Virus record (IMG/VR): IMGVR_UViG_3300008886_000002
Coordinates: 1-62,873 of that record
Reading direction: 5' to 3' (one strand)
Origin: a virus
Length of the DNA stretch: 62,873 nucleotides
The position numbers and the translations under genes were made by a program. Of this stretch, positions 18,601-27,541 are shown one piece after another (position 1 is the first letter of the stretch; the number at the start of each line of letters is the position of its first letter). Under the pieces are notes generated by a model. That model was given only the letters and a program-made list of their open reading frames with translations. It had not been told where the DNA came from and searched no databases.

Positions 18601-19482
18601 ATGGCTAATTCGATGCGGGACAAGATGCTCGCCTTCCTCGGTCTGCAACCCACACTCGCGACGTTCCTTGCCCGCCCCCCGCTGGATGACTACTTCGTGA
18701 CCGGTGGCACCAACCGTTCCGCCCTGAACGACAATGTCCTCGCCGCCACGGGGTCTGGTGCGATCGACACACTAGCGTTGGGTAACGGGTCGGGGTCGGT
18801 GCATTCGTTCTACGTTCAGGTCAACGGATCCTCCGGTATCTCCGCCGGGCAGATCGTGTTCGAGGGGTCCAACGACAACACGACGTTCACCACACTCCCG
18901 TACGTGGATGGTGCGTCAGCGTCTGCGGCGTTCTTCACTGGCGCCGCCGTCACCATCGCCGCATCCACTAGCAGGTTCTTCCAAGGACCGTTGACGTACC
19001 GGTATTTCCGGGTTCGTATTTCGACCGCTTTCGCGGGGGGAACGGTGTCGGCGACGGCCCGCCTGTCCACGGCGCCGTACCCGAATGGGACGACGACCGT
19101 CGTTCAGGCCACGGCCCTCAACTTGCGGACCGCGGCCACCCCCACCCCGGCGGGGTCGGGTGGTAACTCGTTCTACACCTCAGCTCTCACCAACACTGCA
19201 TCTGCGGTCAAGGCTTCCGCTGGGCAGGTGTACGGGTGGGACTTCCACAACCCCAACTCGGCTGTCGCGTATGTGCAGTTCTTCAACACCGCTCAGGGTT
19301 CGGTGACGGTGGGGACGACGACACCGGTGATGTCGATTGGGTTGCCCGCGAACAGTAAGGGGCAGGCGCAGTGGCCGCACGGCTTGCAGTTCTCCACAGC
19401 TATCACGGTGGCCGCCGCAACTACACGCACGGGTGGGACGGCACCAACATCTTCGGTGGACGTGAACGTGGTGTACACGTGA
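18601..19482 (+). CDS. Minor tail protein (hypothetical, two similar halves)
   Basis: 293-aa ORF starting 1 nt after the upstream stop. Ser/Thr/Ala-rich. Confidence 0.65.
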   Translation: MANSMRDKMLAFLGLQPTLATFLARPPLDDYFVTGGTNRSALNDNVLAATGSGAIDTLALGNGSGSVHSFYVQVNGSSGISAGQIVFEGSNDNTTFTTLPYVDGASASAAFFTGAAVTIAASTSRFFQGPLTYRYFRVRISTAFAGGTVSATARLSTAPYPNGTTTVVQATALNLRTAATPTPAGSGGNSFYTSALTNTASAVKASAGQVYGWDFHNPNSAVAYVQFFNTAQGSVTVGTTTPVMSIGLPANSKGQAQWPHGLQFSTAITVAAATTRTGGTAPTSSVDVNVVYT

Positions 19483-19595
19483 TGCGCTACGTGTGCTGCG
19501 CTGTGTTTGGTGCGGTGGCTGGTGTTGCGGTGCTAGCCGTGGCGGCACCCCTACTAGTCACCTTCACTGACTGCTCCCGATTCGTGGAGTTCTGA
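19482..19595 (+). CDS. Small membrane protein (37 aa)
   Basis: TGATG coupling. One hydrophobic span, CCAVFGAVAGVAVLAVAAPLLV. Confidence 0.5.
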   Translation: MRYVCCAVFGAVAGVAVLAVAAPLLVTFTDCSRFVEF

Positions 19596-19687
19596 TGCGC
19601 CTCGGGAGGGTCGTCGGCCTGGCGTTGTTTGCGGGTGCGTTCACAGCGATGTGCTGGTTCGGCTCTGACACGTTCATCGACTTCTAG
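19595..19687 (+). CDS. Small membrane protein (30 aa)
   Basis: TGATG coupling. Sequence RVVGLALFAGAFTAMCWF, read directly from the nucleotides. Confidence 0.45.
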   Translation: MRLGRVVGLALFAGAFTAMCWFGSDTFIDF

Positions 19688-19735
19688 ACCTCTCTGCCCA
19701 CTTTTCACCCCCCGAATAGACCCGGAGGTTTCTTC

Positions 19736-20908
19736 GTGCTGTCCAACCACATCCGCCACCCCCACGCCGCGACGCAATCGTTGACGTTCCGTGAGGTGGC
19801 GACCGCGTACAACTACCCGCTGACGAAGGCCACTGGGAAGGGTTGCCGTGTCGCGATCGCTGAGCTGGGTGGCGGGTTCACCATCGCGCAGATCGACGCC
19901 GCCCTGGCCAAGCAGGGGATCAAGCGGGGCGGCTTCCTCACTTCGGTCAACGTCGGCAGCGGCAGGAACCATGAGGACGGCCTGAACGGTGCTGACGGGG
20001 AAGTGCAGTCCGACATCCTCGGTGTCCTTGAAGTAGCACCCGACGCTGACGTGGTCGTGGTGTTCGGCGGCAACACCGACGCCGACTTCTACCAAGTCCT
20101 CGACTACTGCTTCACCCACGCCGACGTCGTCACCCTGTCGTGGGGTGGTGCGGAACCCGAATGGGACACGGCGACGATGGACCGCTTCGCCACTCGCATC
20201 CAAACCGCGGCGACTGCTGGTGTGCCGCTGTTCGTCGCCTCCGGGGACTCCGGTTCCGGCGACGGGGAGCGGTCGGCGTCGGTCGACTTCCCCGCCAGCG
20301 CACCCGCCTCCATTGCATGCGGTGGAACCCGGCTCACCATTGGTCCCGGCGGCGCCCGGATCAACGAGGTCACCTGGGACGACGAGCCCACCAGCTCGGC
20401 GACCGGTGGGGGGGTGTCGAAGCACTTCCCGGGCCGCGACGTCCCCGACGTTGCCGGTAACGCCGACCCCCAGACCGGGTACCAGGTCACCATCGACGGC
20501 CAGGACGCCGTCATCGGCGGCACCTCATTGGTCGCACCCCTGTATGCGGGCCTGTATGCGCTGCTGTGGGAACTGCTCGGCGGCAAGGCATTCGACTTTC
20601 GTGCCGCGGTGATCGCCAATCCGTCGGTGTGCTTCGACGTCACCTCCGGCAACAACGGTGCATTCCGCGCAGGACCAGGCCGCGACGAAACCACCGGCTT
20701 CGGCGTTGTCGACGGCGCAAAGCTCCTGACCGTGTTGCAGGCGTCCACACCCACAACCCCCACCCCGCCGGCCGCAACACCATTCCCCACCGCAGCCATC
20801 CGCACCTGGCTCACCGGCAAGCACAACCACACCAAAGCCGAATCAGCAGCCGCCACAGCCATCACCGCCTACGCAACCAGCCTCGGTATCAACGTCGGCG
20901 CCACATGA
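19736..20908 (+). CDS. Sedolisin-type (S53) serine-carboxyl peptidase, catalytic domain only
   Basis: ggagg SD plus GTG start. Motifs: GEVQSDI (Glu/Asp spaced 4 residues apart), TLSWGG, ASGDSGS, GGTSLVAP. Confidence 0.8.
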   Translation: MLSNHIRHPHAATQSLTFREVATAYNYPLTKATGKGCRVAIAELGGGFTIAQIDAALAKQGIKRGGFLTSVNVGSGRNHEDGLNGADGEVQSDILGVLEVAPDADVVVVFGGNTDADFYQVLDYCFTHADVVTLSWGGAEPEWDTATMDRFATRIQTAATAGVPLFVASGDSGSGDGERSASVDFPASAPASIACGGTRLTIGPGGARINEVTWDDEPTSSATGGGVSKHFPGRDVPDVAGNADPQTGYQVTIDGQDAVIGGTSLVAPLYAGLYALLWELLGGKAFDFRAAVIANPSVCFDVTSGNNGAFRAGPGRDETTGFGVVDGAKLLTVLQASTPTTPTPPAATPFPTAAIRTWLTGKHNHTKAESAAATAITAYATSLGINVGAT

Positions 20909-21042
20909 TCCACGTCCTCGTATACGACGGCATCCCGATAGCGGCGTCCGAACGGATGGAACGCCTCTCCATGCAAATGAGTGCTTACACCCCGAATCAG
21001 CAAGCGTTGATGGCCATCTATGCAGTGGAGGTACTCGACTGA
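20905..21042 (+). CDS. Hypothetical protein (45 aa)
   Basis: ATGA overlap upstream and TGATG downstream. Confidence 0.5.
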   Translation: MIHVLVYDGIPIAASERMERLSMQMSAYTPNQQALMAIYAVEVLD

Positions 21043-21374
21043 TGCCAGGACTCAAAGACTTCGCCGCTGACGTCTTCATCAAAGTGATTTCAGACCCGAC
21101 CGTCCAAGAGACGGTGAAGAAGCTGCTCGGCAGCATCATCGCCGAACAAATCTTGCCGTTGGTTCCGGTTGCCGTTGGCGCCGCCACCAAGGCCGCCGTG
21201 GATGAGGTCGTCAAGAAGTTCCCCGGTGCGCAGGACGTCATCGACGGCGTGGTGGACATCGCCCACACGACCGACGCTGCCCGGGATGAGTTGAACAAAC
21301 TCATCCCGGACATCGACTTTGGCATCCCCGCCCTAGACAACTTGCTGGATTTTTGGCGGCCCAAGAATGGGTGA
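21042..21374 (+). CDS. Hypothetical protein (lysis cassette)
   Basis: 110-aa ORF coupled at both ends. Confidence 0.65.
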   Translation: MPGLKDFAADVFIKVISDPTVQETVKKLLGSIIAEQILPLVPVAVGAATKAAVDEVVKKFPGAQDVIDGVVDIAHTTDAARDELNKLIPDIDFGIPALDNLLDFWRPKNG

Positions 21375-22887
21375 CCGCAATGTCTATGGGAACGACTTCA
21401 GCGAGAACGGCTGGAGAATGGTCGACCAGGGTTCCTGTGTGTGGGTCAAGGTGCCGGGCACGTCAGTGTCCTTGCAGATCCGCGAAGGCCAACCAGCAGA
21501 AATCCTCGGCGCGTGGGCCGCGGACTTCAACGCATATGTAGAACCGTTGCGCGACCCCGATTCGGCGTGCTGGACAGCCACCAACTCCGTCGGCACGTCG
21601 AACCACCTCAGCGGAACCGCCTGCGACTTGAATTGGAACAGCCACCCCTTCCAGGTCCTCAATGCCGGGTTCAGCGCAACGCAGATTGCGACCATCCGGG
21701 AGATGCTGGCGTTCTACGAGAAGACCGTCTGGTGGGGCAACGACTGGGACAGCCCCAAAGATGCGATGCATTTCCAGATGGGCTACGACACATACGGTTC
21801 GCAGAACGTCGACCGCGTGCAAGATTTCATCAACCGCAAGATCCGCGCTGACGGGTTCTCAACGTTCCGCCGCGGTGGGGCTGTGACACCGCCCGCACAA
21901 CCGGCGCAGCCGGTCGCCTTGTCCCGTGCTGACGGGTATGCGGTTCGGATCATCGCTGAGGGTCGGCGCCGGAACATCACGCCGCGTGGCATTCAGATCG
22001 CCCTCGCCACCGCCCTCGTCGAATCCAACCTGAAGGTGTACGCCAACCAGCGCGTACCCGCATCAATGGCATTGCCCCACGACGACGTTGGCAGCGACGC
22101 TTACTCAGTCGGCATCTTCCAGCAACAAGTACGCGACACCGGCAACGGGTGGTGGTGGGGTGACGCCGCGACGTGCATGGGCGTCGAATCCTCAGCCGGA
22201 CTGTTCTACGACCGGCTGTCACGCCTGGACTACAACGGCCGCAACTCGCCCGGCTCCTACGCGCAAGACGTGCAGGACTCGGACTACCCCGATCGGTACG
22301 ACGGCCGATTCAACGACGCCGTTGCCATCTACAACCGCCTAGCCAATGCACCCACGCAAGGAGAAGACATGGCCGCTGTGCCCCAGGACCAATGGGACCG
22401 CGTCTACCAGGAGTTGACCAAGCAGTTCCCCAGCCGCAGCCCGCTGCGGCACCTGGGGGAGGGCTTGGTAGACACGATGGCGGGATTCGTGCTGAACACC
22501 GACGGCAGTCAGCACGTCGAAATCTGCCGCCTCCTCGCTGGTTACGGCCACCCCCCAACGTTGGCGTTGCTGCGCGAAGTCGCCAACGCCGACCCCGTCA
22601 AGTACCCGGACCGGCAAGACGACGCCAAACTGGCGCAGGCCATCCTCGCTGAATCCACCTCCACCCCAGCGGCTGTCGCTCCCGCCGAGGCTGTCGAACC
22701 TGCCCCGGTCTACAACATCACCAACGTGTCGACCCCAGCAGCTGGAAGCACCGGTCAAATCATCGGCCAGGCATATGACGCTCTCGAGGCGCTGCAACTC
22801 AGCGGCGCGCTCACCGACTCCGAGAAAGCCCCCCTGGCAGCCCTGATCGGGGTTCTGCAGACCAAGACTCAAGGAGCAGCATCGTGA
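21367..22887 (+). CDS. lysA: Endolysin (lysin A): M15 peptidase domain, lysozyme/transglycosylase-like domain and C-terminal region
   Basis: SNHLSGTACDLNW...DAMHFQMG (VanY/M15 type) and ALVESNLKVYAN...DAYSVGIFQQQ. Confidence 0.85.
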   Translation: MGDRNVYGNDFSENGWRMVDQGSCVWVKVPGTSVSLQIREGQPAEILGAWAADFNAYVEPLRDPDSACWTATNSVGTSNHLSGTACDLNWNSHPFQVLNAGFSATQIATIREMLAFYEKTVWWGNDWDSPKDAMHFQMGYDTYGSQNVDRVQDFINRKIRADGFSTFRRGGAVTPPAQPAQPVALSRADGYAVRIIAEGRRRNITPRGIQIALATALVESNLKVYANQRVPASMALPHDDVGSDAYSVGIFQQQVRDTGNGWWWGDAATCMGVESSAGLFYDRLSRLDYNGRNSPGSYAQDVQDSDYPDRYDGRFNDAVAIYNRLANAPTQGEDMAAVPQDQWDRVYQELTKQFPSRSPLRHLGEGLVDTMAGFVLNTDGSQHVEICRLLAGYGHPPTLALLREVANADPVKYPDRQDDAKLAQAILAESTSTPAAVAPAEAVEPAPVYNITNVSTPAAGSTGQIIGQAYDALEALQLSGALTDSEKAPLAALIGVLQTKTQGAAS

Positions 22888-23222
22888 CTACACCTCAGTT
22901 CGACCTCGCCGACGTCGTGCCGTTGAAGTACAAGCCCCTCGTCGGGCTCGTTGGTTCGGCGTTGACGTTCATCATTCCGACGGTGCTGGATTACTCGACG
23001 TCGCTGCCGAACCCGTGGCCGTGGGTCATCGCCGCCGTGGTCGCCCTGCTAACTGCTCTGGGTATCTATCGGGCGCCGTACAAGCCTGAGGGAACGGTAC
23101 TGGTCCCTGAGGCGACTGTGGCACCACCACCTGTCGCTACGAACAACATCAACGTGGGTACGCACTCGCCGGGCTCAATCGGCGGCCTTCAGCGCTCCGC
23201 CTACCAGAATCCGTGGCAGTGA
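22884..23222 (+). CDS. Holin-like membrane protein (2 TM)
   Basis: GTGA overlap with lysA. Hydrophobic spans LVGLVGSALTFIIPTVL and WVIAAVVALLTALGIY. Confidence 0.65.
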   Translation: MTTPQFDLADVVPLKYKPLVGLVGSALTFIIPTVLDYSTSLPNPWPWVIAAVVALLTALGIYRAPYKPEGTVLVPEATVAPPPVATNNINVGTHSPGSIGGLQRSAYQNPWQ

Positions 23223-23323
23223 TGAAGCTCAAGCATCACCACCAACTTCGCGGTCATCGCTACCGGATTAAGAGGCGGATGATGCGCCGCGGGATTGTCG
23301 ACCTTCGGGGTAACGCACTGTGA
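23222..23323 (+). CDS. Small highly basic protein (33 aa)
   Basis: TGATG coupling upstream and GTGA coupling to lysB. Read directly; Lys/Arg/His-rich. Confidence 0.4.
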   Translation: MKLKHHHQLRGHRYRIKRRMMRRGIVDLRGNAL

Positions 23324-24303
23324 CCCTTCAGCTCGGCTCGCATGGGCCGTTGGTCTCAAGGTGGACCGATGTCATGTTGCGTCGGTTCCGGTCGTATGCG
23401 CTCGGGGTTGACGGGCAACCGCTCCGCAACGACGGCTACTACGGCTACGACGAACAGAAGGTACAACGCGAGTACGAGCGCCGCACCAACCAGCCCCAGG
23501 ACGGCGTCGTGTCCGACAACGACCTCGGGGCACTCGGTCTCGCGCAACCAGTCATCTTCTCCGTCGAGGGCCACATGTCGAACATGTGGTTCGGGCCGGC
23601 TGCCGATACCGCGCATCAGGTGCAGCGTGAGGGGTTGGCGTACTGGCAGCCCTACGGGTACGTCAACGACGCTATTCCGTTCGCCAACAAGCAGGCCACC
23701 GCTGGGCTGGTGCAACTCGTCGGGTCCACGACACTTCCCGACGGCACACCGTTCCCGGCTGGCACACCGTGGGGGATTGAGTCATTCAGTCAAGGCGCGA
23801 TGATCGCCACGATGCTGATGCGCGACCACGTTCTCCCCGAAAACGGTGATCTGCACTGGCGGCTCAAGGACTTCAAACGCGGACTGGCGCACGGCAACCC
23901 GAACCGCGGCAAGGACGCTTGCTGCTCATGGGCCACCGACCCACCCGCAGCTGGGACTGGCGGCATCATGCTCGACGAACGGTTCGACACCCGCGGCACT
24001 GCCATTGAGGGGCTGTGGCAGGAGCACCCGCGCAAGGGTGACATGTTCGCCGACGAGGGTGACGATGACGTGGCGAAGGACAAGGCGGCGGTCGCGAAGA
24101 TCGTCACTGAGAACTCATGGGCTGGTGGTGACGTGGCGTTGCTGGCGCGGGTAACGAACCTGCTGACCAACCCGGTGATGACGATCCCTGCGCTACTGGC
24201 CACGATCGGCGCGATCAAGTTCGCCGTCGCCAACCCGAACCCGCACTACTCCACCGTCAGCGAGCCGGGTGACGTTGCTTGGATGAGGGGTGTCGCAGCG
24301 TGA
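23320..24303 (+). CDS. lysB: Lysin B (mycolylarabinogalactan esterase) with N-terminal peptidoglycan-binding-like domain
   Basis: LQLGSHGPLVSRW...GVVSDNDLGALGL (PG-binding-like) and FSQGA (GxSxG-type serine esterase motif). Located in the lysis cassette. Confidence 0.8.
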   Translation: MTLQLGSHGPLVSRWTDVMLRRFRSYALGVDGQPLRNDGYYGYDEQKVQREYERRTNQPQDGVVSDNDLGALGLAQPVIFSVEGHMSNMWFGPAADTAHQVQREGLAYWQPYGYVNDAIPFANKQATAGLVQLVGSTTLPDGTPFPAGTPWGIESFSQGAMIATMLMRDHVLPENGDLHWRLKDFKRGLAHGNPNRGKDACCSWATDPPAAGTGGIMLDERFDTRGTAIEGLWQEHPRKGDMFADEGDDDVAKDKAAVAKIVTENSWAGGDVALLARVTNLLTNPVMTIPALLATIGAIKFAVANPNPHYSTVSEPGDVAWMRGVAA

Positions 24304-24698
24304 CGATCCGCGAGTCGGGTATCGCCACGATCATCGGGTGGGTGTTCGCGGTGTGGGCGTTGGGGTTCGGGACGAATACCGTTCTGATCGCCGACCGTGT
24401 TACGTCCCCGCAGTGGCGATCCCTAATGACGGTTCCGGGTGGTAAGTGGTTTTGGTTTGGCCTGTTCGCCGCGGCCGGCATCACACTCATCTGCGGTATC
24501 CTCACCACCCGATACCGTTTGCGTGCCGCAGGTTTCACACTGACCGCCGCAGGGTGCTTCGCCATCGCCGCGTTCTACGTCGTCGCCCCCATTTTCCACC
24601 TCGGCCCCATCACCCTCGGTTACTGGCCGTGGTTCCTCGGCATCGGAATCGGGACGCTCGGCGCCATCGTCAACCTCAAGGCCATCGCGTGGTTCTAA
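24300..24698 (+). CDS. Membrane protein (about 4 TM)
   Basis: GTGA overlap with the lysB stop. Hydrophobic throughout. Confidence 0.65.
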   Translation: MTIRESGIATIIGWVFAVWALGFGTNTVLIADRVTSPQWRSLMTVPGGKWFWFGLFAAAGITLICGILTTRYRLRAAGFTLTAAGCFAIAAFYVVAPIFHLGPITLGYWPWFLGIGIGTLGAIVNLKAIAWF

Positions 24699-24709
24699 CG
24701 GTCCGACGG

Positions 24710-25159
24710 TTGCGACGGCGGATACGAGCCCTCGGCGCCGCGCTCGGCGCCATCCTCGACGCGCAGGGTGTCGGCATCTTCCAAGTCATCGTCTACCTGC
24801 ACATCGGACCCCTAGCCGGCCTGTACGGGCTGCTGGTGGCTGGCGGCACCCCACAGGCCGTTGAGGATGCGATGGGCTCGGTTTGGAACGGCGTATGGCT
24901 GTGGTTGTGTCTCGGAATCTGCATGTGCTTGGCGGGGAAGCTGGTCAAGTGGGACGCCGGCATGTGGTTACAACTGTCCGGCGACATCGCCGCCGCCTTC
25001 GCGCTCCTGGTGTACATCGTGGCGTCGATCGATTCCGCATGGTGGGGGAAGGCACTTTACGCGGTGTTCGCGTGCGCCGCCCTCTTCGAATGCGTGTTGC
25101 TGCTCATCGTGCGGGACATTCGCCGAATCGTCATTGACCAGAAGCGGAGACACCGATGA
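24710..25159 (+). CDS. Membrane protein (about 4 TM)
   Basis: TTG start 12 nt after the upstream stop. The upstream part of track ORF 24446 is Arg-rich out-of-frame read-through of the previous gene. Confidence 0.55.
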   Translation: MRRRIRALGAALGAILDAQGVGIFQVIVYLHIGPLAGLYGLLVAGGTPQAVEDAMGSVWNGVWLWLCLGICMCLAGKLVKWDAGMWLQLSGDIAAAFALLVYIVASIDSAWWGKALYAVFACAALFECVLLLIVRDIRRIVIDQKRRHR

Positions 25160-25548
25160 CGCTGGCTGCGTGGATCACCGTGGCGGGCATGGTGTTGTTC
25201 GGCGGTACGGGTGGCGGCGGGGTCGTCTACTGGCTGCTGAACCGCAAGAGTGAGGCTGTCAAGTCCAAGGCCGTTGAGGTTGCGAGCGAAGCGGTCAAGG
25301 CTGAACGTGAGTCCACCCTCGCTGATGCTGCGAAGAAGTGGCAAGAGGTGTTGGACGTTTCGCAGACCAAGGCGTACGCGACGGTGAAAGCTCAGTGCGA
25401 TGAGTGCACCGAACGGTTGGGTGGGATGCATGATGTGGCGGGCAATTTGATTGACGCGTTGGAGGCGTTGTTGGCGGAGGACACTCCGCAGAACCGTGCC
25501 GACGCCCGCGCGTCTGTGAGATTGGCGCGCAGGGCGATGACGTTGTAG
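25156..25548 (+). CDS. N-terminally anchored coiled-coil protein (last gene of the rightward lysis operon)
   Basis: ATGA overlap. One N-terminal TM (AAWITVAGMVLFGG) followed by helical sequence. Confidence 0.65.
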   Translation: MTLAAWITVAGMVLFGGTGGGGVVYWLLNRKSEAVKSKAVEVASEAVKAERESTLADAAKKWQEVLDVSQTKAYATVKAQCDECTERLGGMHDVAGNLIDALEALLAEDTPQNRADARASVRLARRAMTL

Positions 25549-25578
25549 CCCTAGGCTGGACTGTGCCGTTCGCGGACT

Positions 25579-25620
25579 GCCGCCCCTCGCTCACCTCTCC
25601 GGGCGAGGGGCGGCCTTCTT
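25579..25620 (+). terminator. Rho-independent terminator ending the late/lysis operon
   Basis: Perfect 12-bp stem gccgcccctcgc/gcgaggggcggc with a 12-nt loop, then cttcttcgtgtt. Confidence 0.75.
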
Positions 25621-25624
25621 CGTG

Positions 25625-25783
25625 TTAGGGCTTAGATGCCAACGTCCTCACCGCCTCCGACAACTGCACCAACCCCTCAGCCAACTTCCGTGTCACCTCA
25701 TTCTCCGTAGACCTACCCACCTCACGGAAAGTGTTAGCAGCACCAGTAGCCCACACAGCAGCATCGTTACGGGATGTAGTCAT
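25625..25783 (-). CDS. Hypothetical protein (52 aa)
   Basis: Read directly on the minus strand (MTTSRNDAAVW...RTLASKP). No clear SD. Confidence 0.4.
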   Translation of the reverse strand: MTTSRNDAAVWATGAANTFREVGRSTENEVTRKLAEGLVQLSEAVRTLASKP

Positions 25784-25821
25784 AGGTGGGGACGGTAGTA
25801 GCAGGTGCCGACAAAACTGAA

Positions 25822-26268
25822 CTAGTCAGGCCACGCGGCTTCCCAAGTTCGGCTGCGCGGACGGTAGTTGCCAACCCGATAAAGCAAATGCTGGTTGCGG
25901 GCATTGACATGAAACATCGTTCCCGTGAAACACACGGCCATCGGATCGGGTGTCGCGTCCGCAACAGACATGCATCCAGGACAGCCGGGGTCGGCGTGCA
26001 CCTCGTATTCGGGGTCAGTCAGGTCAACCCATGCGCAAACGTTGTAGTTCCTTGAGTCGTAGTGCAGGGCGCGAAGAAGTTCGTCACCGATAAGCAGGTA
26101 CGGGCTTGGTTCGCCACTAACTGCGATGTACTCATCGCATAGCCCTTCGCGGTGTCGGGTCACCCATACATCGCCAAGGATGTACTTATCCGGCGGATTG
26201 TCAGGGCCGTAGCCAAGGTCGCTGGGCAGCCGCCAACGAGGCCGAAGATCAAGCGGCATGGCGGTCAT
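25822..26268 (-). CDS. Hypothetical protein (148 aa)
   Basis: Internal ATG with ATGA overlap to the upstream stop and a ggag SD. Leftward operon. Confidence 0.65.
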   Translation of the reverse strand: MTAMPLDLRPRWRLPSDLGYGPDNPPDKYILGDVWVTRHREGLCDEYIAVSGEPSPYLLIGDELLRALHYDSRNYNVCAWVDLTDPEYEVHADPGCPGCMSVADATPDPMAVCFTGTMFHVNARNQHLLYRVGNYRPRSRTWEAAWPD

Positions 26269-26552
26269 GCGTTCACTCCATCCATCTTTGCCGGCGGGTA
26301 CATCCCATACACACCCCGGTCGTCCCCGGCCATGACCCACCGGTGCTCTCGGTCAGCCCTAGCGGCCAACGCTTCGAGTTCCTGGGCGCGTGCTGCTCGG
26401 AGTTGACCTGCCCACTCCAACCGCCAGCACACATACCAAACCACCGCGGCCAGCGCGCCAAGTCCGACTAGCCACGGCCAGTACGCCACCACCACACCCA
26501 CAACGAGAAGAAACACAAGCAGTTGCTTCACCGCCGCCTCACCCCTCACCAA
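26265..26552 (-). CDS. Membrane protein (2 TM)
   Basis: LLVFLLVVGVVVAYWPWLVGLGALAAVVWYV followed by a helical tail. Alternative GTG start at 26531 with a ggtgagg SD. Confidence 0.65.
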   Translation of the reverse strand: MVRGEAAVKQLLVFLLVVGVVVAYWPWLVGLGALAAVVWYVCWRLEWAGQLRAARAQELEALAARADREHRWVMAGDDRGVYGMYPPAKMDGVNA

Positions 26553-26763
26553 GGGAGTGAGGCGGCGTTTTTGCGTTCCGGGCCGCCTCCCCTCGGAGCA
26601 CTAGCCCAGCTGTGCCGCAGCGGAGACAATGCGGGGTGAGGTCGTCTCGTTCGGGTGCTGCCACTTCATGAATGCCGAAACGGCACAACGCAAACTCCAG
26701 GCACCAATCCCAGAGGCTTCCCCAGAAGCCAAGGCCTACGCGGCGAAAGTCGGTGCGGCTCAC
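26539..26763 (-). CDS. Hypothetical Cys-containing protein
   Basis: GTGA overlap with the upstream gene's stop. 74 aa. Confidence 0.45.
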   Translation of the reverse strand: MSRTDFRRVGLGFWGSLWDWCLEFALCRFGIHEVAAPERDDLTPHCLRCGTAGLVLRGEAARNAKTPPHSLGEG

Positions 26764-26954
26764 TGTGGTGGCTCCCCTCGACCTTCCGTGATCTGGTCAG
26801 CGTTGGCGTAGCCCTTGGCCTGCGGCTGCACCAACTGCTCAACGAAAGCGTTCGCAATGGGGAAGCTCGAGCTGCATCGCGGGCAGTACGCCGATACCGC
26901 AAGCCAGTCTCGGGTGTGGCAGTGCTGGTATCCGCAATCGGGGCAGTCAGTCAT
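26760..26954 (-). CDS. Zinc-ribbon protein (64 aa)
   Basis: ATGA overlap with the upstream stop. Contains CPDCGYQHC...CPRC. Confidence 0.6.
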   Translation of the reverse strand: MTDCPDCGYQHCHTRDWLAVSAYCPRCSSSFPIANAFVEQLVQPQAKGYANADQITEGRGEPPQ

Positions 26955-27346
26955 AGCTTCCCCAACCCAGCAGCAGCGCGCAGCATCGACACCCGAAACT
27001 CTGCATGCTCCAAGACGTCCTCTTGGGTGCCGAGCCGGACGCCCGTCTGGCGGGAGGTGTTGTCGAAGCAGCGGGGCATCGTCTCGTACTCGTAAGAGCA
27101 TTCAATAGAGGTGTCGCGGATACCGTCGTCGCGGTCCTCCCAAAAGCGATACAACCTAGACACCGTCCCCAACTTCCGCCCGGAGTCGACGTCGTAGATG
27201 TCGTTGCCCACCTTTAGTCGCGACGTCTCATGCATCTTCGCGTCCAACCATTGCCTGCGGGCAGCGATAGCTGACGTCACGGCCGCGTTCAGGTTGGCCA
27301 GCTCGCTTTTCTCGTCGTCTGTCAAACGCCGCTGCGTGGATGCCAT
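26951..27346 (-). CDS. Hypothetical protein (131 aa)
   Basis: aggagg SD 8 nt before the ATG. Balanced amino-acid composition. Confidence 0.7.
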   Translation of the reverse strand: MASTQRRLTDDEKSELANLNAAVTSAIAARRQWLDAKMHETSRLKVGNDIYDVDSGRKLGTVSRLYRFWEDRDDGIRDTSIECSYEYETMPRCFDNTSRQTGVRLGTQEDVLEHAEFRVSMLRAAAGLGKL

Positions 27347-27350
27347 GGCT

Positions 27351-27536
27351 CTAACCTCCTACCGGCTCTTCGGTCGCAGCCTCAAACTCCAACACCTTGA
27401 CGACCGTCTCAATAACAACCCTCACATCTGACGGCCACCAGTCATGGCCCATGAAGCCGACCCTGTTCAGCTCGTTGGCCACCCTGCCCTCCTGCTCGGA
27501 AGTCATGGCCACCAACGTGCGATGCTCAGCCTTCAT
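27351..27536 (-). CDS. Hypothetical protein (61 aa)
   Basis: Internal ATG preceded by ggaggg. Ends PVGG-stop inside the repeated junction ccggtaggaggttagagcc. Confidence 0.55.
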   Translation of the reverse strand: MKAEHRTLVAMTSEQEGRVANELNRVGFMGHDWWPSDVRVVIETVVKVLEFEAATEEPVGG

Positions 27537-27541
27537 CGGCT

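Noticed and set aside
24446-24709. Upstream extension of ORF 24446..25159
   Set aside because: It overlaps membrane-protein gene 24300..24698 in another frame and its translation is Arg/His/Pro-rich. The start was moved to TTG 24710.
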